Assembly (NCBI GenBank): GCA_964291215.2
Contig: OZ219791.1
Span: forward strand, 832,001-896,000
Reading direction: 5' to 3'
DNA length: 64,000 bases
DNA from: Alphaproteobacteria bacterium
Lineage (GTDB): Bacteria; Pseudomonadota; Alphaproteobacteria; MPNO01; UBA830
Part shown: positions 22,228-32,904 of the stretch, one piece after another
Position numbering within the stretch: position 1 is the stretch's first letter
Layout: each line of letters begins with the position of its first letter
Notes under the pieces: model-generated
What the model was told of the DNA's origin: nothing
What the model saw: the letters and a program-made list of their open reading frames with translations, nothing else
The model's database searches: none
Position numbers and translations under genes: made by a program

Positions 22228-23208
22228 ATGTCCATGCTGAAATCGTGGTCCGTGGTGGCCACCCTCGCCCTGGCTGCCCTGGTTCTGTTATCTCAACCCG
22301 GATCGGCCGCGGACAAGAAGGTCGCGATCGCGAACCTCGGTCCCCATTCCGTCCTCAAGCTGGTGATCGACGGCTTCAAGGCGGGCTTGGAGAGCGGCGG
22401 CTTCAAGGAAGGGGCGGGGGTCGAGTACATTTACAAGGATGCGAATTTCGATCCGGCACTGGTAGCACAGGTGCTGACTGCGCTGGAGGCGTCCGATCCC
22501 GATCTGTTGTTGACCATCACGACACCCATCACCCAGGCGTCCAAGCGGGTGATCCGCAACAAGTCGCTGCCGATCGTTTTCGCGCCCGTCACCGATCCGG
22601 TGGACGCGGGGCTGGTTAAATCCTGGGACAAAGGGAGCGCGCGTTTCGTCGGCGCCTCCAATCTTCAGGACATGGATACGGTCATCGCGAAGGCCAAGAC
22701 GATCCTGGGCAAGGTGTCGACGATGGGGCTCCTGTTCAATCCGGGCGACGCGAACGACCGGGTGAACGTCAAATACGCCGAAGCCGCGGCGAAGAAGGCC
22801 GGCGTGAAACTCAGGACGGTCAGCGTGGAGACGGTCAACGATATTCCGAGCCGGGTGGCGGGGCTGAAGGGGGTGGACTTCATCTACCTAATCCCGTCGA
22901 GCATGCTGCAGCCCTCTGTCGCGGTCATTGCCGCATCGGCCAAGCGCAACAGGATACCGGTGATCAACGCCAGCCCCGGCGGCGTGAAGGACGGGCATGT
23001 TCTGGCGGCGGTCTCGGTCTCGTGGCGGGATGTCGGCTTTCAGGCCGGATTGCTTGGCGCGAAGATTCTGAAGGGAGCCAAGCTGTCCGATCTACCGATC
23101 TTCAGGCCCAAGCCGAAGGATCACCGCGTGCTTCTGAGCGGCAAACGGTTCGGCGAGATGAAATTGCCGATACCGGCCGCGCTCAAGGACTGCAAATGCG
23201 TGATGTGA
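22228..23208 (+). CDS. ABC transporter substrate-binding protein (ABC_sub_bind / TrpX-like)
   Basis: Signal peptide; TITTP, PIVFAPVTDPVDAGLV; RBS GGAGG at 22218. Confidence 0.85.
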   Translation: MSMLKSWSVVATLALAALVLLSQPGSAADKKVAIANLGPHSVLKLVIDGFKAGLESGGFKEGAGVEYIYKDANFDPALVAQVLTALEASDPDLLLTITTPITQASKRVIRNKSLPIVFAPVTDPVDAGLVKSWDKGSARFVGASNLQDMDTVIAKAKTILGKVSTMGLLFNPGDANDRVNVKYAEAAAKKAGVKLRTVSVETVNDIPSRVAGLKGVDFIYLIPSSMLQPSVAVIAASAKRNRIPVINASPGGVKDGHVLAAVSVSWRDVGFQAGLLGAKILKGAKLSDLPIFRPKPKDHRVLLSGKRFGEMKLPIPAALKDCKCVM

Positions 23209-24008
23209 CCGGCCGCCGGCAAGGTCCGGCGTCGATCCGCGTTTACAACGCAAGCAAGGTTTTCGCGCCCGGCACGCAGAACGAAAAGACCGCCCTGAAC
23301 AAGGTGGCTTTCGCACTGGAGGACGGCGAATTCGCCGTCGTCATCGGCAGTAACGGTGCGGGCAAGAGTACGCTTCTGAACGCCCTTGCCGGCGAAATCC
23401 TGCTCGATTCGGGGGGAATCCTGATCGACGGACAGGATGTCCGAAGCCAGCCTGTCTACAAGCGGGCGAAGCTTATTTCGCGTGTGTTCCAGGACCCGAT
23501 GTTGGGCACGGCACCGGAACTCAGCATCGAGGAAAACCTCGCTGTCGCCGTCAGGCGCGGCAAGCGGAAGACCTTCAGGCTGGGGCTCAACCGACGTAAC
23601 CGGGAGTATTTTCGGGAGCGGATTTCCGTCCTCGGGCTCGGGCTGGAGAACCGCCTGTCAGAGAAGGTTCGGTCGCTCTCGGGTGGCCAGCGCCAGTCCC
23701 TGGCCCTGATCATGGCGGCCCTTCTCGCACCGCGGCTGATGCTGCTCGACGAGCACACGTCCGCCCTCGATCCGCGCGCGGCCGAGCTCGTGCTCAAGCT
23801 GACATCGGAGGTGGTGACCGGAGACAAGATCACCACCCTCATGGTCACCCACAATATGCAGCATGCGCTGCGCTTCGGCACAAGGCTTTTCATGATGCAC
23901 GAGGGCGGGATCGTCCTCGACGCGCCGGAGGAGGAGAAGGCGGGTCTCACCGTGAACGACCTAGTCGGGCGGTTCCTCGTCACCGACGACAAGATGCTTC
24001 TGGGCTGA
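23196..24008 (+). CDS. ABC transporter ATP-binding protein (start 23196 or 23205)
   Basis: GSNGAGKST, LSGGQRQ, LLDEHTSALDP. Confidence 0.92.
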   Translation: MRDVTGRRQGPASIRVYNASKVFAPGTQNEKTALNKVAFALEDGEFAVVIGSNGAGKSTLLNALAGEILLDSGGILIDGQDVRSQPVYKRAKLISRVFQDPMLGTAPELSIEENLAVAVRRGKRKTFRLGLNRRNREYFRERISVLGLGLENRLSEKVRSLSGGQRQSLALIMAALLAPRLMLLDEHTSALDPRAAELVLKLTSEVVTGDKITTLMVTHNMQHALRFGTRLFMMHEGGIVLDAPEEEKAGLTVNDLVGRFLVTDDKMLLG

Positions 24009-24016
24009 GCGCCGCG

Positions 24017-24898
24017 ATGGACTTCGTCGAGATTTATTTCAACCTGTTCGCGGTGAGCCTCGTCCAGGGCGCGATCTTCGCTTTTCCCGCGCTCGCCGTG
24101 ATGATCCCCTTCCGCATGCTGGGGCTGCCCGACCTGACCTCGGAGGGTGCCTTTCCCTTCGGCGCGGCGATCGTGGCAACGGTCACGGTTGCGGGCTTCG
24201 ATCCGGTGCTCAGCCTGTCGGCGGCGGTCCTGTTCGGCTTCGTCGTAGGCGCCGCCACCGCGTTGATCCATATTTTTCTGCGGGTACCCTCACTGCTCGC
24301 CGGGATCATCGTGCTGACCATGCTGTTCAGCATCAATATCCGGGTTATGGGAAAACCAAATACCGCGCTCTTCGACAACGATTCGATCTTCACCCTGGCG
24401 CTCGGCGCCGACGGGGGCGAGCCGTGGACCCAATTCGTGCTGATCCTCGCCTTGGCACTTGTCTTTGTCGTCGTCTTCTACTGGTTCCTTAACACCGAAC
24501 TCGGCATGGCGCTCCGCTGCGTCGGCGCCAACCAGACGATGTCCCGCGCGCAGGGTATCCCAACGAACTGTTACATCGTCGCCGGGATCGCCATGGCCGG
24601 CGGGTTCAGCGCCTTCGGCGGCGCGGTGATGGCCCAGCACCAAGCTTATGCCGACGTCAATATGGGGGTCGGTGTGCTGATCGTCGGCCTGGCGGCGACG
24701 ATCCTGGGCGAGACCTTGGTCGGGCGCAGTACCCTGACCCGCCAGCTTGCCGCTCCGGTGATTGGATCGCTAGCCTATTTCCAGGTGGTGGCGGTGGCGC
24801 TCGCGCTCGGCCTGAAACCCTCCGACCTCAAGCTGCTCACCGGCCTATTCGTGCTGATCACGCTCGCCACTCCCATCCTCATGCGCGCGAAACGGTAG
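24017..24898 (+). CDS. ABC transporter permease
   Basis: Hydrophobic; PDLTSEGAFP, ADVNMGVGVLIVGLA. Confidence 0.9.
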   Translation: MDFVEIYFNLFAVSLVQGAIFAFPALAVMIPFRMLGLPDLTSEGAFPFGAAIVATVTVAGFDPVLSLSAAVLFGFVVGAATALIHIFLRVPSLLAGIIVLTMLFSINIRVMGKPNTALFDNDSIFTLALGADGGEPWTQFVLILALALVFVVVFYWFLNTELGMALRCVGANQTMSRAQGIPTNCYIVAGIAMAGGFSAFGGAVMAQHQAYADVNMGVGVLIVGLAATILGETLVGRSTLTRQLAAPVIGSLAYFQVVAVALALGLKPSDLKLLTGLFVLITLATPILMRAKR

Positions 24899-25199
24899 AC
24901 TTTATCCCGGCACGACATGACCTTGTATGATCGGGGCCCTCGGCGGGTATGCCGATGTCCTGTTGGTGGCAGCTCCCCAACAGCGCTTTTAATTTACCCT
25001 GCCGTGGATTCCATAAGCCGGGCCGTTGTTCAGGTATCGGCTGTTTTCCGGGCCGGCCGCCGTTCCAAATCGCGTCCCGCCACTTCCAGATAATCGGCGC
25101 CGTGAAGACCAGCCCGACGGCGAAGAAGTCTCTTGCGCTGGAGCAGGAGGTTGCGCCTTTGGGCCGGCTTCTTGCCGAGGCTGGCGTTGACGCGCGGAA

Positions 25200-25626
25200 G
25201 TTGTCGGCATGTCTCGTGTTGTTCCCGATCAGGTGCAACCGCTCAAACCGTTCCTCGCGGCGCCAGCCAATTCAATGGTCCCGCGGCGCACAGCTGAAGG
25301 CGCCCGTCTGCCAGCCCGCAGCGCCAATCCACCGTCCGCGCCAGGTGAACACGTAGCGCAGACCTCGACCGGCAAACTGCTTGAAACCAAGATAGTGATG
25401 ACGGTCAACCACACGGTTCCAGCGACACACCTCATCGGGTCGCGCAAGGCCCACAACCACATCCCGGAGCGTAAAACTCTCCGGCGTCGCCTCGAACAAA
25501 CCCGTTCACTGTCCCTCTATCACAACACCGGATGTCACGGCGCTTCACAAAAAGTCAACGAAAATGCGAATCATCCGGAACAAGCGGAACCAATCCTTCC
25601 AATAAACCCAGCGTGGGATAGTTTTG
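25200..25626 (-). mobile_element. 5' fragment of a DUF4338-ISAs1-type element
   Basis: TIR CAGCGTGGGATAGTTTTG ending at 25626; HHYLGFKQFAGRGLRY..PRDH..IGNNTR. Confidence 0.75.
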
Positions 25627-26101
25627 CCGCTGTCGCAAGGTGATCCCATGCTTGTTGATGTGATGTGATCGGAGTCCTGATCGCGGCGCGGGTTGACGCG
25701 TTCGAGGCTGCGATTTTGAGATTTGCTGACGCGCTGTTGCGGCGCGGGGTGCGATTGGTCGACCTATCCGGGGCGAGCGAGAGGCCTTGGTTGCCGGGCT
25801 CGAAAGCTTGCGGTTTCTGTCGGGGAGAGAGGCGCGGTCAGCCTGGTCTCGTGATTGCGTGCAGGACCTGCTTGCGCTTGTCCGCATGGTTGTGTCGACG
25901 AAGCTGTTGAAGGGTTTGGTCAGCTTGCGCTTGTTGTGGATGATGACGGCGATTGCGAGGGTGATCGCGTTGTTTGCGAACGCGTTCGGAGCATGGAGTC
26001 GTCTTCGCGGAAGGTGGCATCGCGGACATGATGATGGCTCTCGACTACCCAGTGTCCGCGATTCCATGCGAGCAACTGTTGCGGCGAGGCGCGTTCGACC
26101 G

Positions 26102-27457
26102 AGCATCCATGTTTCTTGGCAAGGTTTTTGCGGGTGTCTGTGGTGATGTTTTCTGTGGTTGTCCACAAGCGGTATGGGATTTGCTCTGCGATCGAGGCGA
26201 CATGAAGCTTGTGGTCCCGGCGGCGGGTTGCCGTCCATTGGTCACGTGAACGCGGCTACCTTGCCGTCCCCGGGCACGTGACCGTCCGGGTTCCAGGTGT
26301 CCCAAGGCGGTTCGATCTCCTTGATGTCGACCTCGACGATGATCTGCAGACATTCTCCCCAAGTCGTGTCGTAGAGGGAGACTGTCGATACAGTCCCGAT
26401 CGCGCTCTCGGCAGGGGTGAGGGCCATGAGGGTGGTCTCCTTCGCTCACTCACCGGTGCTTCAGGCAACGCTGCTGTCGCAGCAAGGTGTTCGCCAGAGC
26501 TTGCGCATCACGGCGACAATCGCGACCTTGCTTGCCGGCAGTCTTGAGGCGCTCGAACACGCTTGCCAGGTCCGCGTTGAAGCGGGCCGGTTGCGGCCAG
26601 GAGATCGCGTGGCCTTCGGCGCCCGCCACGGATGTGCCGAGCACCGTGGTCGTTGGCGCCACCCCGATCAAGGCTGCCGACGCTGCCGAGTTCGGGCATC
26701 CAGAAGGGCCGCGGCGGTCACCGGACCGGGGTCAGGATGACGTAGCTCTGCTCGGGATCACCGGCGATCACCGCTTTGATCGCCGCGCCGGCAATGCGGT
26801 CATCGAGATCGGCCGCTAAGGCCCTTGTGACGGTCTCGCCATCCACCTCATCTGCCACCTGCTTGGCGTCGACAAGCGCGGCACCAGGAGATCCTCCAGG
26901 CTCTTGAGGAAGGCGGAGCCACAGGCTCACCGTGCCGATCTTGGCGTCGAAGCGGTTGGCCCATCGCCTCGGCGAAGCGCCCGCAACGGGTTGACGAGAA
27001 TAACCTCGAAGCCCCGGTCATGAAGACACTGGTGAACCTTGCGGTGATAGCGGCCTGTCGCCCACCACCCGGCTCACCCCGAGGCCGCGAAGCCACCTGC
27101 CCGTGGCGTCGTCCGCAAAACAATGCGCCAGATGTCCAGACTGGCTGACCCCTGCTACTACCTTGACCATCGTCCCTTGCTCCTCGCCTTACGATGGGTT
27201 CAAACCCAAGCATCCATTCAGGACGCGAGGGACGTCAAGGGAGGTTGGCCGACCACACTCGGTCGCGGCTCTGTCAAGGTCGAAATGGCAACCTCCGCGG
27301 AGATCGTTTGATCTCCGCTCCCCTGTGCGTGTTCGCTCAGGGAAGCGGAATCTCTCTGCAACCATAAACCGGACGCTCTCCCACAGATCCACATTTCCCC
27401 GCCCCCAACTGCTGTGGATGATTTCATCATCAAGGGGACAAAACCTGGTCATATAAG
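26102..27457 (-). mobile_element. IS110 element copy 2
   Basis: CT core at both junctions; homologous to 13873-15495. Confidence 0.9.
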
Positions 27458-27526
27458 GTCATGGCGTGTTCGGTTTTCCGGATTTCTTGAATTCGACGTG
27501 CCGAGTGACGCGGAAGATCTGCTTGA

Positions 27527-28752
27527 CTAGTAGTCCACCGGCATTGTATTGATGGTTTTTGGTGGGTAGTATTCCTGTGTCGGCATCCGTTGGAATCTGG
27601 ACAGTGTCGATATCCACACGGGCAAGATGCCGAACAGGCAGGCAGCCGCAGCCCCATGTGCAGGTCCGGACAACGGGAGCGGCGCAATGACAGGAGCAAC
27701 GTATATGGCCAACTCTCGGGGCAGGAAGCTCTACCGGGTGACCCTTTCAGCGCAGGAGCGCCGGGATCTGAAGGCGATTGTCGACGGCACCGGGGCTGCC
27801 TGGCGTCGGCGCCGGGCACAAATCCTGATGCTGAGGGGGCGCTTGTCGATGCCGACATTGCGCAAGGGCTGGGCACGGCGACGATTGAGCGCTTGCGCAA
27901 GCGCTGCGTCCTGGAGGGGCTGGACGCCGCCCTCAGCCGCAAGGAGCAGGTGAACCGTCGGCCGAAACGGCTGGACGGGGCGATGGAGGCGAAGCTGGTC
28001 TCGTCCCCGCCCGAGGGCTGTGGACGCTGAAGCTGCTCGCCAGCCGTCTGGTGGAGATCGTCGAGCGCATTTCGGAAGAGACGGTCAGGAAGACGCTAAA
28101 AAAAAGAGATCAAGCCGTGGCTGAACTGGTGCATTCCACCGCACCGGAGCGCACAGTTCGTGGCGGCGGACGTGCTTGACATTTATCAGCGGGACTTTGC
28201 CAGGGACGAGGTGCTGAGACCAGCCGGCAGCAGACGAAGGAAACCCGCATCCCTCGTCCCCCGGTCAGCCGGAGGTGGTCGACCATGAATATGAGCGCAA
28301 CGGCACGGCCAACCTCTTCATGGCCTTTGCGCCCAACGAGAACTGGCGCACGGTGAAAGTCACCGACCGCCGCGGGACTGGGCACACTTCATCCGGGAGC
28401 TTGCCGACGACCATTTCCCCGACAGGAAGATCGTGCTGGTCAATTTGAACACGCACAGTCACTGTATGAAGCCTTCGAGCCCGAGGAGGCGGGTGCGAAA
28501 GCGGTTCGAGTTTCGCTATACGCCGAAGCACGGAAGCTGGCTCAACATGGCCGAAATCGAGATCGGTGCGCTGTCGCGGCAGTGCCTTCGGCGACGCATT
28601 CCCGACCGCGACAGCATGCTGCGGGAGACCGTGGCGTGGGTCGAGCGCCGCAATGCGGCCGATGTCACTGTCGACTGGCGTTTCACGACGAAGGATGCCC
28701 GGACGAAACTGAAGTCACTATATCCATCAATATAATAATGCTAGACTACTAG
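27527..28752 (+). mobile_element. IS630-family element copy 2
   Basis: Inserted at CTAG of GCTTGACTAGTTGATC (empty site visible at ~37742). Confidence 0.92.
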
Positions 28753-30120
28753 TTGATCATCTTCGCCAGCGGGCTGAAGATGGTGCGCTGGCGGCCATGG
28801 GCGGGCTTTTCGCTGTAGCGTCCCGTGCTCGCGGTCTTCCAGTTGATGCTCTCGAAGGTGCGTTGCCCTTGACCATCAGTCCGCGCGATGGGTCTCGATG
28901 ATCAGCCTCGCGGGTGGTGTGGAGCGCGTCGAGGGTGAGCAGACGGCCGGCAACCGGTGCCGTCTCGAGCGCGGCGTGGACGGCAGCGATCTCCCCGTCG
29001 TGATAGTTGAAGATCGAATACCGGCCAGCGAGACCGTCTCGTAATGATCCTCGCCGGTGCGGCCGCGCTTGCCGTCGACCGCGTTGCCGACCTGCGGCTG
29101 CGCGCCGCATCCTCGATCCATCCCGGGTCGGTGTTCTGCAGCACCCGGTGCACGGTCGATCTGGAGACCGGCTTGTCCCTGTTCTTCCATGCTGCTCCAG
29201 CTCCTTCTGCGTCGTAGTGCGCCGCCGCAACCGCACCGTGCCGGTTCGCAAGCCAGCAAAATCACGCACAGCACCGAGGCGATGCGGTGCCCCTGCGCGC
29301 GCCGGAAAGCGCCGCTGATAAATCGAGCGCAACTCCTGCGCCGACCAGCGGCGCCCGCAACTCCCACGCCACAGGAAGCGGCGAACGATCCCGCGTCACG
29401 ACGCAACGGAAACACGTAAAGATCCTTCGCCTCCCCGGTCGGCGCCCGCTGGCGCGCGCATGGCCCCTGCCAACGCACTCCCGGTTCGCCGCCTTGTACA
29501 TGGTGCCGCTGAACTTCGTCGGCGAAACAAACGACTCCGCAACAAGTAACGGATGGCCGTACGCAGCCTCCCAGTCGCCACCGAGACGCCGCACCATCCG
29601 CGACAACGCAAACGAGGCAAGGCCCGGAAACGACCACCAGGAACAACAAACCTCGTGTTGTTCCCGGCAACCGCCTGAACTGTTCCTCGCGGCGCCAGCC
29701 AATCCAACGGGTGCGCAGCTGAGGGCGCCCGTCTGCCAGCCCGCAGCACCAATCCACCGCCCGCGCCAGGTGAACACGTAGCGCAGATCCCGACCGGCAA
29801 ACTGCTTGAAACCAAGGATGACGGTCAACGACACGATTCCAGCGACATCAGGCCGCGCAAGGCGCACAACCACATCCCGGAGCACAAAACCCTCTGGAGT
29901 CGTCTCAAAAAAATCCGCTGCCTCCACGACAACGGATACTACGCCGCTTCACAAAAAGTCAGCGAAAATGCGAATCATCCTGAACAAGCAAAACCGACCC
30001 TTCCAACAAACCTGGCGTGGGATCGCCGTGCCGCCGTCGTCATGGAGGTTGCGCGCCATGGCCCGCTGCGGCATGGTGTGCAGATTCACCCCTCTGTCGG
30101 CAGAATTGGGCGTTCAGGCC

Positions 30121-30645
30121 ATGAAGTCCGTCGATCTGAAAGAGCACATCAGGACGATACCGGACTTCCCCAAGCCCGGAATACTCTTCTATGACATCTC
30201 GACGCTGCTTCGCCACCCGGGTGCCTGGCGAGCGGCTGTCCGCGACCTGTCGCGGGTGGTCGGAGCAGATACCCCCGACATGCTCGCCGGTATCGAGGCG
30301 CGTGGCTTTCTCGTCGCCGGGGCGGTCGCTGTTGATCTCGGCGTCGGACTCGCCATGGTGCGCAAGACCGGCAAGTTGCCCGGCGCGACGCTGTCCCACA
30401 GCTACGAGCTCGAATACCGGGTCGACTCGGTGGAAATCCAGACAGATGCCGTGGAATCCGGCCGGAGCGTCGTTGTCGTCGACGACGTGCTGGCCACCGG
30501 CGGCACTGCGGCGGCGGCCATCGAATTGTTGCGCCGCGCCGGCGCTCGTGTCGTGGCGGCCGCCTTCGTCATCGAACTCGGTTTTCTCGACGGCCGCGAC
30601 TATCTCGACATCCCCGTGGTCTCGCTCGTCCGGTACGATCGGTAG
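30121..30645 (+). CDS. apt: Adenine phosphoribosyltransferase
   Basis: IRTIPDFPKPGILFYDI, GIEARGF, RKTGKLPG, VVDDVLATGGT. Confidence 0.96.
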   Translation: MKSVDLKEHIRTIPDFPKPGILFYDISTLLRHPGAWRAAVRDLSRVVGADTPDMLAGIEARGFLVAGAVAVDLGVGLAMVRKTGKLPGATLSHSYELEYRVDSVEIQTDAVESGRSVVVVDDVLATGGTAAAAIELLRRAGARVVAAAFVIELGFLDGRDYLDIPVVSLVRYDR

Positions 30646-30747
30646 CCAGCCACGCTACGGCCCGGGACGTGCACGACTACCGGGCTCACCTGCCATGCGG
30701 ATCTCGATGGAGGCGTGTTTTACCCGTGGCGGCGGAAGGCGGCCCCT

Positions 30748-32349
30748 CTAGCGTTCCGGGGGCTGCGCGGCGAACTCCGAATCCTTGAGACAGAAGCGCC
30801 CTTCCGGATCCTGCCACAGCGTCTCGTCCGCGTGGAGGATGCCGAGCGCGCGGGTCACGGCCTGGAATCCGCGGTCGGCGAATTTCTCGCAGAGCTCGGC
30901 GAAATAGAGTGGCCGTTCGGAGATCACGTGTCTGATCTCGGCGGCCAGCGCCTCGGGCGCGACATCGGCGACCGACGGGCTTGCGCCGTCGGCGGAGCCG
31001 AGGAAATCCTCCAGCCTCGCGTCGTCGGCATAGGCATAGCTTATCCGGTGGAACCGTTCGTGTGGCACGTTGTCGGGAATGGTCGCGTCGATGCCCATCT
31101 TCGCCGTCGTCGGCACTCGCGAATAGGGCCCGGGCGGGGGCAGGCTGGGATCGAGGGGTTTCGACCGCGCGCCGGAAATGATGGTCACATCGCGGTCTGC
31201 CTGGACCCGGGTTGCCACTGCCCATTCGACGTCGGTCGCGTCGAAGACGTCGATGTCGTCGTTGACCACCGTCACGTGCTTCATGTCGGCGACCGAGAGC
31301 GCGGCGAGGATGGCGTTCTTGCCGTCGCCGGCGAGCGGCCGGATCGCGATCACGGCATGCCAGTGGCAGCATCCGCCGGGTGTGATGTTGACCGCGGTGA
31401 CGTTCACGCCGGCCTCCGCCAGCACCCTGCGAACGGCGGCCTCGTAGATCGGGCCCGAAGGCCAGATGTTCTCCCACGGCATGTGCAGGGCGTAATAGAC
31501 TGGGTCCCGACGCATGGATACCGCCTTGATCCGGACCAGCGGGTTCCAGTGCAGTCCGCCCATGAGCCGTGTGAACTCGCCGAACCTTCCCTCGGGCCGG
31601 GTCCACCCCGTGGGCAGGATTTCCGCCTCGAGCACGATCTCGGCATCGGCGATGCACGGCAGGTCGACGGTGCCGCACTGTGTCAGCTTGACTCCTTCGC
31701 CGCGCATGCCGCCGGCGATACCGAGCTCGCTGACCCCGTCGCGCGCCTTGTAGGTCGCCGAGATCAACTCGAACGGATGCGTGCCGATATTGATCGAGAT
31801 GGGCAGCGGCCTGCCCTTAGCGAGGGCCTTCTCGACGTAGCGGTGGAGGTTGTTGGGCGTGACGATGTCGATGCCCGTCAGGTTGCGTTCCTTGACGAGA
31901 AATCGGTAGATCCCGGCGTTCAGCGGGGCGTCATCGTCGTCGGGGTCACGCGAGATCGTAACTCCCGCCGTGATCATGGGGCCGCCGTCGAGCACCGAGA
32001 ACAGCGGGATCGGCAGGTCATGTAGATCGACATCCTCGTCTTCGAGAACGACCTCGCGGACGGGGCCGCTGTTGACGAGATCCGGCGCGATCGGATGGTC
32101 GAGGCCATCGCGCAGACGGGCCTCGATTTCGGAGAAATCGCAGCCGGCGGCGATCGCGAGCCGGTTGCGGCTGTTGGTCACGCCAGAGACCACCGGCATG
32201 TCGTAACCGTTCACGTTGGTGAACACGAGCGCCTTGTCAGACTGGTCGACAAGGGTTGCAATATGGCGGATGTCGACCGGCTTCTCGATCCGGACCAACT
32301 CGTCGGCTGTGTGCAGATCGTCGATGAGGGTGCGAAAACTACCCGCCAT
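30748..32349 (-). CDS. UbiD-family (prFMN-dependent) decarboxylase
   Basis: DGGPMIT, NAGIYR, AEIVLE, PEGRFGEF, DDIDVFD..VEWAVATR, KMGIDAT. Confidence 0.9.
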   Translation of the reverse strand: MAGSFRTLIDDLHTADELVRIEKPVDIRHIATLVDQSDKALVFTNVNGYDMPVVSGVTNSRNRLAIAAGCDFSEIEARLRDGLDHPIAPDLVNSGPVREVVLEDEDVDLHDLPIPLFSVLDGGPMITAGVTISRDPDDDDAPLNAGIYRFLVKERNLTGIDIVTPNNLHRYVEKALAKGRPLPISINIGTHPFELISATYKARDGVSELGIAGGMRGEGVKLTQCGTVDLPCIADAEIVLEAEILPTGWTRPEGRFGEFTRLMGGLHWNPLVRIKAVSMRRDPVYYALHMPWENIWPSGPIYEAAVRRVLAEAGVNVTAVNITPGGCCHWHAVIAIRPLAGDGKNAILAALSVADMKHVTVVNDDIDVFDATDVEWAVATRVQADRDVTIISGARSKPLDPSLPPPGPYSRVPTTAKMGIDATIPDNVPHERFHRISYAYADDARLEDFLGSADGASPSVADVAPEALAAEIRHVISERPLYFAELCEKFADRGFQAVTRALGILHADETLWQDPEGRFCLKDSEFAAQPPER

Positions 32350-32459
32350 GTCGCCTGTTCCGTTGATGGAGTGTTCCGTTGGGAAGCGCCAGCATACATC
32401 AATTGCCGGCTCGCTTCGATGTCCATAACCGCACGTGTCGGGTTCGGTCCGAGGGATGC

Positions 32460-32720
32460 GCGACAAATTTGTGCACGCCCTGCGATTTCAGGCTGCCCTT
32501 CGCTCCCGGAAGTCGTCCAATCTGTTGCTGTGGACGGAGCAGCGCAGAGCGATAAGGGCATTGGCGCCGTCGAGGCTCCAGTGCATGTCGCCGTGTTTCA
32601 TGTGACCTCCGATCACGGACTTGCAGGCGCCCTCGACGACGCCTGTTGAGATGCACAGGTTCTGTTCTCGGAACCGGGGATAGCCCATGCGCGCCCGGTT
32701 TGTCTTGAAGTAGGCCATGT
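32460..32720 (-). pseudogene. ISKra4/UPF0236-like transposase C-terminal remnant
   Basis: YFKTNRARMGYPRFREQNLCISTGVVEGACKSVIG..MHWSLDGANALIALR. Confidence 0.75.
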
Positions 32721-32904
32721 GTAACTGCTCACCCCTTGGTTCTGGCTTGATGTTGGAGTAGAGCAACGAACGGGTTTTCGTGGAGATTTTACACTGTAGA
32801 TGGATTCGTTAGTGGTGGTCATCGAGAGCGACGGAGACCGTCGGTGGGCTACTTTGGATCCAAGGCGACGAGCGGGCTGTGCCAGCTGCTTCTGGGGCTC
32901 GGGT
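32721..32904 (+). mobile_element. IS66-family left-end fragment including the MTase start
   Basis: GTAACTGCTCACCCC; GYFGSKATSGLCQLL. Confidence 0.85.

Larger units (their letters stand above)
25636..30030 (-). mobile_element. ISAs1-family DUF4338 element copy A, containing IS110 and IS630
   Basis: 16-bp TIRs CAAGGTGATCCCATGC / GCGTGGGATCGCCGTG; 9-bp flanks CCGCTGTCG / CCGCCGTCG; AVDGKR, LTLDALHT, VKGN, RGHWVVESHHHVRDATFRED. Confidence 0.9.
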
